Assembly (NCBI GenBank): GCA_016931055.1
Contig: JAFGFL010000050.1
Coordinates: 1,535-65,534 of the forward strand
Source of the DNA: Candidatus Omnitrophota bacterium
GTDB lineage: Bacteria > Omnitrophota > Gorgyraeia > Zapsychrales > Zapsychraceae
Direction: 5' to 3'
DNA: 64,000 nt
Shown here: piece after piece, positions 10,823-20,801 of the stretch
Layout of the letters: the number at the start of each line of letters is the position of its first letter
Position numbering within the stretch: position 1 is the stretch's first letter
Made by a program: the position numbers and the translations under genes
The notes under the pieces: generated by a model
Seen by the model: only the letters and a program-made list of their open reading frames with translations
Told to the model about the DNA's origin: nothing
Databases searched by the model: none

Positions 10823-12327
10823 GATAACGATACCTCTTTAAGGACAATGGCGGCGTAATTTACGCCTAGAGCGATCACATCCGATGCCCTGTTAAGAAAA
10901 ATATCCCTTAGGGAAGGAATAAGCAACATCCCGCCGATCAGGCAGACGACGGACAATACAACCATTGATAATTTCATAAAAAACGGGACTTCTTTGATGC
11001 TCATTAATCCTTCTTTCAGCCTGCCGAAATACGCATATTTCATGACCTTCATGAAAGAAGCCAATGTCAAGACACTCGCCACAACCGCCCAAAAGGCATA
11101 ACCGAACCGCTGTGCCTGGACCGCCGCTATGATAATAATCAATTTGCTCCAAAATCCGTTAAAAGGCGGAATGCCGGCGATCGACATCGACGCGATGAGG
11201 TTCGTTGACCCTGTAACAGGCATCTTTGACATCAGCCCTCCCATTTTCTGCAAATCGCGTGTCCCCGCCGAATATTCAATAGCTCCCGAATTTAAAAAGA
11301 GAAGCGACTTAAAAACGGAGTGATTAAACAAATGAAAGATCCCGCCCAAGATGCCCAGAGGCGTTCCAAGCCCGATCCCCAGAAAGACATAACCGATCTG
11401 GCTTATGGAATGGTAAGCTAAAAGCCGCTTGAGGTCCCATTGGCCGATCGCCAGAAAAACGCCGACGACCATCGAAAGCGTCCCCAAAAACATGATTATG
11501 GAAGACAATTCCGCTGTCATTCCGATGACATTATAAAATATCCTTACCATCGCGTACACGCCCAAAGACTTGATCAAAATGCCCGATAACATCGCCGAGA
11601 TCGGCGCTGGCGCGGAAGGATGCGCGTCCGGCAGCCACGCATGGAAAGGAACAAGGGCCGCTTTTAAGCCCAATCCCATGATGAATAGAACACTGACCAT
11701 AAGAACAAGATTCGCTGCGCCTTTTTGGGCCAGCATGTTTGCCATATCCGCCATATTCAAGGTCGATGTTAAGCCGTACAGTAACACGATACCTAATAAA
11801 ACAAACATCGAACCGACCGTGCTCATGACCGCGTATTTAAAAGCCGCTTCGAGCTCATGCTTCTCGGTCCCGAAGGCAACTAACGCATAGCTCGCGACAG
11901 AAGCGATCTCAAGAAACACGAATAAGTTAAAGATGTCTCCTGTCACAATGACGCCGTTCATCCCGGTCAACATCAAAAGAAATAACGTGTAAAACTTTCC
12001 CTTGGCCGTAAAGCGTTCCATATAATTGATCGAATAAAGAGCGATCATGAAGGCGATAAAATTGACCGTCACAAGCATAAAGGCGGTCAAACCGTCTAAA
12101 ACCATGGCGATCCCCAAGGGAAGCTTCCACGCGCCGACGCTGTAAACAAGGGTTCCGTGCGTTCTCACAACCTGGACCGCCAAAACCGAAAAAAAGAAAA
12201 GGATAAACGCCGATAAATTTCCAATCGCATCCGGCACCCATTTGGCCTTTTTCTCAACCAGGGAATTGAGAAACGCGCCGGCCAGGGGCACAATAACAAA
12301 CATCGGTATGATATTAACTGCCTGCAT
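10816..12327 (-). CDS. MrpD / NuoM-N-type antiporter-like pump subunit
   Basis: 503 aa, about 14 TM. Family hallmark FHAWLPDAHPSAPAPISAMLSG is present. Confidence 0.85.
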   Translation of the reverse strand: MQAVNIIPMFVIVPLAGAFLNSLVEKKAKWVPDAIGNLSAFILFFFSVLAVQVVRTHGTLVYSVGAWKLPLGIAMVLDGLTAFMLVTVNFIAFMIALYSINYMERFTAKGKFYTLFLLMLTGMNGVIVTGDIFNLFVFLEIASVASYALVAFGTEKHELEAAFKYAVMSTVGSMFVLLGIVLLYGLTSTLNMADMANMLAQKGAANLVLMVSVLFIMGLGLKAALVPFHAWLPDAHPSAPAPISAMLSGILIKSLGVYAMVRIFYNVIGMTAELSSIIMFLGTLSMVVGVFLAIGQWDLKRLLAYHSISQIGYVFLGIGLGTPLGILGGIFHLFNHSVFKSLLFLNSGAIEYSAGTRDLQKMGGLMSKMPVTGSTNLIASMSIAGIPPFNGFWSKLIIIIAAVQAQRFGYAFWAVVASVLTLASFMKVMKYAYFGRLKEGLMSIKEVPFFMKLSMVVLSVVCLIGGMLLIPSLRDIFLNRASDVIALGVNYAAIVLKEVSLSW

Positions 12328-12665
12328 TATCCTCTTAACTCCTTGATCTGGGTAATATCAAATGTCCCGTATTTTTCATAGATGCGCATCGCAATAGCGA
12401 TCAGCAATGCCATGCTCGCGACGCCAATAACGATCGACGTCAGCACCAAGGCCTGCGGCAGCGGGTCGACCATATTCAAGATATCTGCCTTTTGATCGAA
12501 AATCGGAGACCGCCCTTGCATCCGGTAGCCAATCAAGATAAAAAACAGGTTGACGGCGTATTCCGAGATAATCAGCCCAACGATGATCTTGATGATATTG
12601 CGCTTTCTTAAAACGCAGTAAATACCCAAACAGAACAGCAAAAGACAAAGCAAATATAACGTCAT
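12327..12665 (-). CDS. MrpC/MnhC / NuoK-like subunit
   Basis: 112 aa, 3 TM, with start and stop overlapping the neighbouring genes. Confidence 0.75.
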   Translation of the reverse strand: MTLYLLCLLLFCLGIYCVLRKRNIIKIIVGLIISEYAVNLFFILIGYRMQGRSPIFDQKADILNMVDPLPQALVLTSIVIGVASMALLIAIAMRIYEKYGTFDITQIKELRG

Positions 12666-13117
12666 TCCTTTTTCTCCGTATCGAGTTTTAATAAAACCAA
12701 AGCCACAAAGATGGCAAAAAGACCCGCGCTGACCTTAAAGCTTATGGCGACGTTGCACAGGGGGATGATCCCCGCGCTGAAAAGCCTGAACGGCTCGCCC
12801 TTCGGAATAAAATTCAGGAAAAAGGACCCACCTGTAAATCCTAATACCGCTATCATTAAAAAGAGCAACGCCCCGATGCTTTCCAATATCGATGCCGCAT
12901 TGTGCGGCAGCCTTTTGAGGGTCTCTTCTTTCCCGTAAGCCAGCATTAAATGGATAAACGAAAGCGCTATAATGACCCCTCCGGCAAATCCGCCGCCGGG
13001 GGACACATGCCCGTGCGAAATAATATAGATCCCGTACAGAATGATAAAACCAACCGTAAGACGCGTGATCGTCTTAACGATCAGAGACATGCCCTTGTGT
13101 TTCTCTTGGATCATCAA
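12662..13117 (-). CDS. MrpB/MnhB-domain subunit
   Basis: 151 aa, 4 TM. It has MnhB-like glycine-rich helices (HVSPGGGFAGGVIIAL). Confidence 0.7.
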   Translation of the reverse strand: MMIQEKHKGMSLIVKTITRLTVGFIILYGIYIISHGHVSPGGGFAGGVIIALSFIHLMLAYGKEETLKRLPHNAASILESIGALLFLMIAVLGFTGGSFFLNFIPKGEPFRLFSAGIIPLCNVAISFKVSAGLFAIFVALVLLKLDTEKKE

Positions 13118-13662
13118 TATTCCTCTTCCTCTTCCTGCTGGCCTTCTTTTTTCCTTCCGACGCGGCGCACCACCGCCAAAACACTGATGACGGCCGCGAA
13201 CAGAACGGTCGCTTCACCAAGCGTGTCAAACGCCCTGAAATCAAGGATGACGGCCGCAACGATATTGGTCGCGCCAGTCTTCGCCATCCCTTCACTCAAA
13301 TAAGTGCGTGCGACCCTCATGTCCGGATACCCGAATTTCGGGAGATCTTGAAAACATTTTGCCGCAATGACCATCAGAACTACGATGAACGCTCCTGTAA
13401 TAAACGTGTTGACCAGCCACCGGCCTGACGTCGAAAACGGCAGGTCCTTTTTCAACGTGGCCCGGATCAATATGATCAAGGCCAATATTTCGACGACCAG
13501 CTGCGTGATCGCCACGTCAGGCGCCTTTAAGATCAAGAACACGATCGAGAGGCATAATCCCACGGCGCCGACGGCGACAACCGAAGAAAGAAGGTCCTTG
13601 ACCTCTATCGCGATGATAGCGCCGATGATCATCAATACCAGTAAAATATGTAGTCCGAGCAT
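13114..13662 (-). CDS. MbhD/E-like subunit (MrpA C-terminal-domain type)
   Basis: 182 aa, about 5 TM, with an acidic tail. Position and topology correspond to the split-off C-terminal part of MrpA, as in Mbh complexes. Confidence 0.6.
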   Translation of the reverse strand: MLGLHILLVLMIIGAIIAIEVKDLLSSVVAVGAVGLCLSIVFLILKAPDVAITQLVVEILALIILIRATLKKDLPFSTSGRWLVNTFITGAFIVVLMVIAAKCFQDLPKFGYPDMRVARTYLSEGMAKTGATNIVAAVILDFRAFDTLGEATVLFAAVISVLAVVRRVGRKKEGQQEEEEEY

Positions 13663-13663
13663 A

Positions 13664-15328
13664 TTATCCTAACAGGATCCAAAAAAGAACGATCATCCCC
13701 AACAGGCACCACGACAGATATGTCGAAAGCACGCCATTGTGGAGAGAACGTAAGACTTTATTAAACCCAAACGTTACCTTTGTCCCAACCTCATAAATAT
13801 CAAACGCTTTTTCTTGGGCCAATCGGTACATAAATTTCAAGACACCGATATCCTGAACTGTATTATAAAATTCGGCCCCTGAAATCCTCATGTCCGGGAT
13901 ATCCTTTAATATCTCGCCTCCCATAAACACTTCGGCCTCCCGGGTCTTGGCCGCCGAACCCAAAAGATAGATCACAAGACCTAACACGATCCCGATCAAT
14001 ATCAAAACCGTCGCCAGCCCGGCTTGCCATACACCGGAGAACACAACGCCCTGAACTGCCGGGAAAATGAAGGCCTTTAACGGGCCGCTGTAAGCGAATA
14101 TGCCGAACGCGATACACAGGGCCGCCAACACTATGGATGGGGCCAGCATGGTCAGGCCTGTTTCCTGGATCCTTTCATCCGTGATCTTCCTTTCCCGGGA
14201 AGGCTGGCCTAGAAATATCGCATGTATTAATTTCATAAAGCTGGCCAATGTCAGCGCGCTGCCAAGCATGGCCGCAATCAACCATACGATCCAAAGATGG
14301 CCCCCGCTCTTCCCGCTCTCGATGACCCCCTGATAGACCATCCATTTGGAGGCGAACCCGTTAAAAGGTGGGACTCCTGATATCGACAAGGACGCGACAA
14401 AAAACGTCATAAACGTGACCGGCATGACCTTGACGAGCCCGCCCAGTTTTTCCAAATCAGTGGTCCCTGCTTTCTTCTCGACCGCCCCGCCCGAGAAAAA
14501 CAAACAGGATTTATAAATAGCGTGATTCAACATGTGGAATAATCCGCCCGCGATCCCGATGGGATTTCCGGTCCCGATGCCCAAGACCATATAGCCGACT
14601 TGACTGACCGCATGATACCCCAACAATCTCTTGAAATCATGCTGGATGAGCGCCATCATGACCGCCGCCACGATCGTGACGCTTCCGACCACCATAAGAA
14701 ATACGTTCATCGCCCCGTTCATCTGAAACACATCCAGGGAAATCCTCGCGAGAAAATAAATCCCCAAAAGCTTATCGAGGGAGGCCGGCAAGAAAGCGGT
14801 CACGGGTGTCGGGGCATCCTCGGCCGTATCCGGTACCCAACTATGAAACGGCATCGCGCCGGCTTTCGCAAAGGCCCCAACTGCAAGGCACAGGTAAGCG
14901 TAAACGGCAATCTTGTTATCAAGCGCGATAGACAGTTTATCCATATCGAAAGTGCCGCTTAAATACCAAATAAAAGCAGCCCCCAAAAGCATAAAAGCGT
15001 CGGTCCCTCCGATAATGATGAACGTCTTTTTTGCCGTATAGGATACGCGCTCGTTCTCGCCAAAGCCGATGAGAAGATAAAGCAAAAGCCCCAAAACCCC
15101 CCAGAAGATCATTAAAACGATCAGATGATTGGCAAACACGACTCCCAGGGAAGCGGCGATCGTCAGCAATATATAGATATAGTAACGCACCAACCCTTTT
15201 TTCCCCCGCATAAAGCCAATAGAGTAAATAACGGTTAGAACGGAAAAGAAAACGACGAACATCCCAATAAAGGAAGATAAGGGATCTGATCTGAAAAACC
15301 CATAACTTTGTCCGATAAAATCCATCAT
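13664..15328 (-). CDS. MrpA / NuoL-type antiporter-like pump subunit (MbhH-like)
   Basis: 554 aa, about 16 TM. Family hallmark FHSWVPDTAEDAPTPVTAFLPAS is present. It overlaps the large-subunit stop by 4 nt. Confidence 0.85.
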   Translation of the reverse strand: MMDFIGQSYGFFRSDPLSSFIGMFVVFFSVLTVIYSIGFMRGKKGLVRYYIYILLTIAASLGVVFANHLIVLMIFWGVLGLLLYLLIGFGENERVSYTAKKTFIIIGGTDAFMLLGAAFIWYLSGTFDMDKLSIALDNKIAVYAYLCLAVGAFAKAGAMPFHSWVPDTAEDAPTPVTAFLPASLDKLLGIYFLARISLDVFQMNGAMNVFLMVVGSVTIVAAVMMALIQHDFKRLLGYHAVSQVGYMVLGIGTGNPIGIAGGLFHMLNHAIYKSCLFFSGGAVEKKAGTTDLEKLGGLVKVMPVTFMTFFVASLSISGVPPFNGFASKWMVYQGVIESGKSGGHLWIVWLIAAMLGSALTLASFMKLIHAIFLGQPSRERKITDERIQETGLTMLAPSIVLAALCIAFGIFAYSGPLKAFIFPAVQGVVFSGVWQAGLATVLILIGIVLGLVIYLLGSAAKTREAEVFMGGEILKDIPDMRISGAEFYNTVQDIGVLKFMYRLAQEKAFDIYEVGTKVTFGFNKVLRSLHNGVLSTYLSWCLLGMIVLFWILLG

Positions 15329-16503
15329 TTCATGCTCTTTCGGATTTTTTCCGTCTTCTCCTGCGAAAGCCTGACGAGGTCTTCGCCGTTATAAAGTTTC
15401 TTTCCTTTTACATTGCGGACCGCCACTCTTTCCGTGCAGCAATAGCACGGGTCAATGGCCGCTAGTATGATCGTCGCGTCCGATATGGTTTCCCCAACGA
15501 TCGTCGACTTGTACGTGGGAAGGTTCATAAACGTCGGCGCCCGGACCTTATGGCGGGCCGGCCTGTTCGTCCCGTCACTGCGCACATAATGGAACACCTC
15601 TCCCCTCGGCGCTTCTGCGCAACCGATGCCTTCGCCCGGAGGGATATCTTTAAGGCGCAGGTCAATGTCCCCTTGAGGCAGATTCGACAGGCACGCCTTC
15701 ATGATCTTGGCCGACTCTAACATTTCGAGTACGCGTAACAAAACCTTATCAAAGACATCTCCGTTCTGGGTGACGATCATTTTCCATTCGACCTTATCAT
15801 ACGCCCCATAGGGTGCGTCTTTTCTCACATCGCGGGCCACGCCGGAAGCCCTGGCCGTGGGCCCCAGAGCGCTGTAACCTTTCGCTTCTTCTTTCGTAAG
15901 GATTCCCACCCCTTTGGTCCGCGCGTGCAGAACAGGGTCATCCATGACCGCTTTTTTAAGCATCTCTAATGTCGGAACGATGGAATCGATCTTTCTGATC
16001 ACGCCGGGAATGTCTCCGGATTTGATATCCCTGCGCACGCCGCCGGGCTTGAACATCGCGTAATTATTCCTGTTGCCGGAGAGGATCTCCATGACATCGA
16101 GGATCTCTTCCCTTAATTTCCACGCCCACATAAAGACCGTATTGTACCCGAGGAAATGGCCGGCAAGGCCGAGCCACAACAAATGCGAATGGATCCGTTC
16201 GCCTTCGGCGATGATCGTCCTTATGTATTTCGCCCGGTCCGGCACCTCAACGGGAATAATATCTTCGACAGCTCTCGTGTAAGCATAGGGATGGCTTGTC
16301 GAACAAATCCCGCAGATCCGCTCGATCACGAACGTCGACTGGTCAAAGGTCTTCATCTCTGAAAGCTTTTCGATGCCCCTGTGGTTATATCCCACGCTGA
16401 CATCTACAGCGGCAATTTTCTCCCCTTCGACCGTAAGAGTAAAAAACTCCGGCTCTTCCTGCAAGGGGTGATATGGCCCAATGGGCACTATGGTTTTTGC
16501 CAT
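15325..16503 (-). CDS. Group-4 [NiFe] hydrogenase large (catalytic) subunit (MbhL/EchE/NuoD-like)
   Basis: 392 aa. Both Ni-Fe ligand motifs are intact: ERICGICSTSH (N-terminal CxxC) and DPCYCCTER (C-terminal CxxC). These are followed by a roughly 33 aa tail, the expected protease substrate. Confidence 0.9.
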   Translation of the reverse strand: MAKTIVPIGPYHPLQEEPEFFTLTVEGEKIAAVDVSVGYNHRGIEKLSEMKTFDQSTFVIERICGICSTSHPYAYTRAVEDIIPVEVPDRAKYIRTIIAEGERIHSHLLWLGLAGHFLGYNTVFMWAWKLREEILDVMEILSGNRNNYAMFKPGGVRRDIKSGDIPGVIRKIDSIVPTLEMLKKAVMDDPVLHARTKGVGILTKEEAKGYSALGPTARASGVARDVRKDAPYGAYDKVEWKMIVTQNGDVFDKVLLRVLEMLESAKIMKACLSNLPQGDIDLRLKDIPPGEGIGCAEAPRGEVFHYVRSDGTNRPARHKVRAPTFMNLPTYKSTIVGETISDATIILAAIDPCYCCTERVAVRNVKGKKLYNGEDLVRLSQEKTEKIRKSMK

Positions 16504-16506
16504 GTC

Positions 16507-16980
16507 CTATACACCTCGATCCCTGATCGCGCTCTTGTCCCACTCTTCATAATCCCGCCTCAGCGGATAGACGCCTTGCGGCCATTCCGCCGGAAGAAGA
16601 AGCCTTCTCATATCCGGATGGCCTTTAAACTTGATTCCCAGAAGCTCATTTATCTCCCTCTCGATCCAATTGGCCGCCTCAAACAGGGGAGCAAGCGAGT
16701 CGATCTCGAGTTTTGCCTTGTCCAAAGCAACCCTGAAAGAAATCAAGAGATTAATCTCCTCAATCGTAAAATGGTAAAGGATTTCCATGTGATACCGCAC
16801 ATCCACGCCGGATGCGATATTGAACCGGGCGCCCAGGTCATAAAAAATATATTTCGCCATCCTGGTAATCGCCTCAGGCCGGATATCGATATAGACGCGT
16901 TTAACCGACTTCTCAAAGACGTTCGTAATATCGCCTTTAAATTTATCTTTCAGGTCTTGCAAGACTTCTTCGCGTGTCAT
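16507..16980 (-). CDS. NuoC/MbhK-like subunit
   Basis: 157 aa. The C-terminal segment is like a NADH dehydrogenase 30 kDa subunit (ERE(I)NELLGIKFKGHPDMRRLLLP). Confidence 0.8.
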   Translation of the reverse strand: MTREEVLQDLKDKFKGDITNVFEKSVKRVYIDIRPEAITRMAKYIFYDLGARFNIASGVDVRYHMEILYHFTIEEINLLISFRVALDKAKLEIDSLAPLFEAANWIEREINELLGIKFKGHPDMRRLLLPAEWPQGVYPLRRDYEEWDKSAIRDRGV

Positions 16981-17426
16981 TTTCTCTTAGAACTTCCTTC
17001 CAGTTTTTCTTTTTTGATTTTTTCTATCAATTTAACCACAGCCGAGATCATCGCTTCCGGTTTCGGCGGGCAGCCAGGAACATAAACATCCACCGGGATG
17101 ACTTTGTCCAAAGGAACAGGACAATTATAACTGTGCATAAACATACCCCTGGACAGCGCGCATTCCCCAATTGCGACCACAAGACATGGCTTCGGGACCT
17201 GCTCGTAAAGCCTTTTGACCCTGATCATGGACTTCCTGTTACACGAACCGGTCACCAAGAGGACATCGGCATGTTTAATGCTTCCGGCAAGAATCATGCC
17301 GAAACGTTCGATATCAAACCGGGGCGTCAGACAGTCCAACACCTCGATATCGCAGTTATTGCAACTGCCAGTCGACAAATGGAAAACCCAAGGTGATTTC
17401 AGCAACGCTTTGAGCTTCATGGACAT
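16977..17426 (-). CDS. NuoB/MbhJ-like hydrogenase small subunit
   Basis: Cluster ligands are GSCNNCDIE, IGECALSRG and VPGCPPKPE. I prefer the start at MSMKLKALL (17426), 7 nt after the upstream stop. The track ORF extends to 17468. Confidence 0.85.
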   Translation of the reverse strand: MSMKLKALLKSPWVFHLSTGSCNNCDIEVLDCLTPRFDIERFGMILAGSIKHADVLLVTGSCNRKSMIRVKRLYEQVPKPCLVVAIGECALSRGMFMHSYNCPVPLDKVIPVDVYVPGCPPKPEAMISAVVKLIEKIKKEKLEGSSKRK

Positions 17427-17433
17427 CTTGTTC

Positions 17434-18375
17434 TTATCTCCCCCATATGGCCAGCAAGACCGCAGCAATCGCCATCATTGTCATCGGTCCCCAAAACCAT
17501 CGGACAGCCTGGTCAATCCGCACCCGCGGATTGGTATTTCTAATAACTGTTATCAGCGCCACTAAACCGACATACTTTAACACACCGTATAAAAAATGGA
17601 TCCCGTCAAATCTCAACCCGCCCATAAACAGGATCATCACAAAAAACGGCAACGTGAATAGGAGCATGTTCTTCATAAGCCTGAAAACCGCCAATCCCGG
17701 GCCGGAATATTCAATGATCGCGCCGCCGGCAATTTCCGTTTCCGCTTCGGCGACATCAAAAGGCACAAGGCCCAGTTTGGCCTGCATACAGAATATCACG
17801 ACAAGCCAGGCAAGGAAGCCGGACCAGCTCCCGATAAAAACGCCATTTTGCATCTGAGCGGTCAGCATGTCTCCAAGCCTGATTGACAAACCGCTTTTGA
17901 TGACTGGGACAAGAATCGCCAATAAAAAGGGCAGTTCGTAACCTAAAATAAGCTTCATTTCGCGGGAAGCCCCCAAACTCGCCAAAGGATTCCTGGAGGC
18001 AAAGCCCCCCATAATGATGCTGACAGACGGAATCGTCAAAAGATAAACAACAACGATCAAGTCCCCGATAAACGATTCCTTGGGATTAATATTGTTAAGC
18101 CATAGTAACGTCGAAACCAAGATGACGCTTGCCAGACCGACTAACGGTGCTAACAAAAAGGCCGTCTTCGAGGCCCCAACCGGTACAAGCGTTTCCTTCC
18201 CCAACAGTTTTATGATATCGGTCAACGGCTGCATCAACGGCGGGCCGACACGGTACTGGACCCTCGCAGTGACTTTCCGGTCGATCCAGCTGGCCAAAAG
18301 ACCGATGACGGCTGTCAACAAGAATCCGAACATAAGAACATACATTAAATAGATCATGCTTTTTCCCAAGCCCAA
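17434..18375 (-). CDS. NuoH/MbhM/HycD-like membrane subunit
   Basis: 313 aa, 8 TM, with a DRKVTARVQYRVGPP motif. Confidence 0.85.
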   Translation of the reverse strand: MGLGKSMIYLMYVLMFGFLLTAVIGLLASWIDRKVTARVQYRVGPPLMQPLTDIIKLLGKETLVPVGASKTAFLLAPLVGLASVILVSTLLWLNNINPKESFIGDLIVVVYLLTIPSVSIIMGGFASRNPLASLGASREMKLILGYELPFLLAILVPVIKSGLSIRLGDMLTAQMQNGVFIGSWSGFLAWLVVIFCMQAKLGLVPFDVAEAETEIAGGAIIEYSGPGLAVFRLMKNMLLFTLPFFVMILFMGGLRFDGIHFLYGVLKYVGLVALITVIRNTNPRVRIDQAVRWFWGPMTMMAIAAVLLAIWGR

Positions 18376-18911
18376 TGGGTCGAATGAACAATCAGGTTAT
18401 CACCCACCAAGAACGTGTTCGCATCCAGCTCCCCGTCAGCTTTCTTCACGCTCAGCGCGCCGTGCGGGCATGTCTTTGTGCACAAAGGTTCGTTTGCTTT
18501 GTCTCTGCGGTCCAAACAAAAATCGCAATTATGGATCAAGAGGGGAACATTCTCCGGATAAATGGTGCCGTAGGGGCAGGCATGCGAGCATGATTTGCAG
18601 CTGATGCAGCGCATATTGTGCCTGACCAGTATCCAATTTTTTTCCGGTTGCTGCTCAAGGGCGTCCACGGGGCAGGCAGCGATGCAATGCGCGTTTTTAC
18701 ATCTCCGGCACACAAGGGCATACGTCGCAAGTTCAACGATAGAACGAACGCCGTTATTGCCGGGATGATAAAAATAACTGCATTGGACGGTACACGTTTC
18801 ACACTTTTTTGATGAGCAGATGTCCAGGTCAAGAAAAATACGCTCATCCTTCCCCTTTTGGGGTGCGATGTTAAAGGCTTTGTTGTGGATCTGTTCCGCG
18901 CTTGAATTCAT
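18354..18911 (-). CDS. CooF/HycB-like polyferredoxin (four Cys clusters)
   Basis: Four Cys motifs: CSSKKCETCTVQC, CRRCKNAHCIAACP, CISCKSCSHACP and CDFC...CTKTCP. Start taken at MNSSAEQ (18911), 1 nt after the upstream stop; the track ORF to 18992 is an extension. Confidence 0.8.
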   Translation of the reverse strand: MNSSAEQIHNKAFNIAPQKGKDERIFLDLDICSSKKCETCTVQCSYFYHPGNNGVRSIVELATYALVCRRCKNAHCIAACPVDALEQQPEKNWILVRHNMRCISCKSCSHACPYGTIYPENVPLLIHNCDFCLDRRDKANEPLCTKTCPHGALSVKKADGELDANTFLVGDNLIVHSTHWAWEKA

Positions 18912-18912
18912 C

Positions 18913-19728
18913 TTAGTCCCATATTTCCTTAAGATGCTTGATCTTATCATAACGGAAAACCGGGCCATGCTTGCAGGCGTAATACACGTCAAGCCTGCAA
19001 TGGCCGCACTTCCCGATGCCGCAGGACATATTCTTTTCCATGGAAAGATAGATATTTTTGTCCTGAAAGCCCATTTCCAGCAATTTCAGCGTCGCGAACT
19101 TCATCATGATGGGAGGGCCGCATACGATGGCAATACCCTCGGGGTAATGGATCTTCACATCGTCAAGGATCGTTGTCACGAGGCCGACGTGGCCTTTCCA
19201 CGTTTCATCGCCTTTATCGACCGTAAGCCTCAAATTCAGGTCTTTCCGTTTCGCCCATTCTGCTGTTTCATCCTTAAATACCATTTCTTTGGATGTCCGG
19301 CAGCCGCCTCTGAAATACAGGCTCTTTAACTCTCCCGACATCTCAAAAAATGAATACATGAGGCTTCTTAGCGGCGCGAAACCGCAGCCGCCCCCCACGA
19401 CCAAAACATCCTTGCCCTTGAACTCATCTAACGGATACCCGTTGCCGAAAGGCCCCCTGAGCCCGACAATGTCCCCTTCTTTCAGCTGATGCACCCGTTC
19501 TGTTACCTTTCCGACTTTCATGATGCTGACATGCAATTCTTCCTTCACGGATGATCTGGAGGAAGGAGTGAACGGCCCCTCGCCTACGCCGGGGATCGAT
19601 AACTCGATAAACTGACCTGCCTTGAAAGATATCTCTTCCTTCGGCTTGAGCCTCAACGTCTTGATCGTAGGCGTCTCGGGGATCACTTCAAGGACTTCTG
19701 TTTCAATGGGGCGATAGGGATTGTTCAT
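18913..19728 (-). CDS. Sulfhydrogenase gamma (HydG)/AsrB/PyrK-like FAD-NAD(P)-binding [2Fe-2S] oxidoreductase
   Basis: Ferredoxin-reductase fold (FKAGQFIELSIPGVGEGPFTPSS; LVVGGGCGFAPL) with a C-terminal CGIGKCGHCRLD cluster motif. Start taken at MNNPYRP (19728); the track ORF to 19863 is an extension. Confidence 0.75.
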   Translation of the reverse strand: MNNPYRPIETEVLEVIPETPTIKTLRLKPKEEISFKAGQFIELSIPGVGEGPFTPSSRSSVKEELHVSIMKVGKVTERVHQLKEGDIVGLRGPFGNGYPLDEFKGKDVLVVGGGCGFAPLRSLMYSFFEMSGELKSLYFRGGCRTSKEMVFKDETAEWAKRKDLNLRLTVDKGDETWKGHVGLVTTILDDVKIHYPEGIAIVCGPPIMMKFATLKLLEMGFQDKNIYLSMEKNMSCGIGKCGHCRLDVYYACKHGPVFRYDKIKHLKEIWD

Positions 19729-19729
19729 G

Positions 19730-20764
19730 CTATTTATTATCAACCAGTTTTTTAAGAACTTTTCGGATATCGATTTCCGCCGGACAGGCCGATATGCACC
19801 GCCCGCAGCCCGTACAGGCGTAAACGCCGGAGACCCTCGGGAAATAATCAAATTTCTTCTCAAACCTGTTCCTCAGCCGCATCCAGAGCTTCGGCCTTGG
19901 GTTCCCGCCTCCCGCGACCCGCGCAAAATCCTTGATCATGCAGGAGTCCCATATTCGAAAGCGCTGCGTGCTTTCCCCGACCTTTTGGTCATACAACAGG
20001 AAACAATGGCATGTCGGACATATGGTGTTGCATGCCCCGCATTCCACGCATGTCCTTGACTCTTCTTCCCATAGGGCAGATTCGCTGTTTTTAATAATGT
20101 CTTTAAAACGGTCCTGATGCGGAACTTCATGTTCCTTAATATTGGTTTCCACCAAACCTCTCACGCGGGAACGCTGCTGGTCTCGGGCACGGACTTGTCC
20201 ATCAGACGCGTTTTCGAATAAAGACGGGTTTTTTTCAACAAGGGCCCTCCCTTTATCAGAGCCGGCCTGCACAACAAATCCGTCTTCAATCTGGGACAAG
20301 TTGATATCAAAATTTTCTTCCGGAAAGGGTTGTATGCCTAACGCGAGGCAGAAGCATGTGTCAATCGCGCAAGTGCAATCGGCACTCACAATAAGATTCT
20401 CTGCGCGGTTTCTCGCATAGAAAGGGTCTTGTTCATCGCTATTGGCAAAGACGAAGTCCTGGATCTTAAAGCCTTTAAGGTCACAGGCCTTAACCCCGAT
20501 AATGGCGTAGGGCTTATTGTCCGGACGCGGGACATCATTCTTAAATCCGTGGGCAACGACTTCCCGGGCGCGGGAGAAAAACGCCTTGAGAGGTTCAACC
20601 GGCCTGACTTCGCCGATCACGATCTCATCGACATTGCCGGCATATTTCTTGAGATAACGATGGTTCCCTTTTTTGACAGGGACATAAACTTCATAATCAT
20701 CCGAAAGCAACTTGATAAAATCGCTGAATTTCGCTTTTTTCAGTATTTTTTGACTTGTCATCAT
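19730..20764 (-). CDS. Sulfhydrogenase beta (HydB)/AsrA-like iron-sulfur subunit
   Basis: 344 aa with CVECGACNTICPTCHC and CTGCGRCISACPAEI motifs. It is paired with the gamma-like gene, as in group-3b hydrogenases and anaerobic sulfite reductase. Confidence 0.7.
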   Translation of the reverse strand: MMTSQKILKKAKFSDFIKLLSDDYEVYVPVKKGNHRYLKKYAGNVDEIVIGEVRPVEPLKAFFSRAREVVAHGFKNDVPRPDNKPYAIIGVKACDLKGFKIQDFVFANSDEQDPFYARNRAENLIVSADCTCAIDTCFCLALGIQPFPEENFDINLSQIEDGFVVQAGSDKGRALVEKNPSLFENASDGQVRARDQQRSRVRGLVETNIKEHEVPHQDRFKDIIKNSESALWEEESRTCVECGACNTICPTCHCFLLYDQKVGESTQRFRIWDSCMIKDFARVAGGGNPRPKLWMRLRNRFEKKFDYFPRVSGVYACTGCGRCISACPAEIDIRKVLKKLVDNK

Positions 20765-20801
20765 TGTATTTAAGCAGATTGAACGGTGGGTAATTAGCCT
20801 A

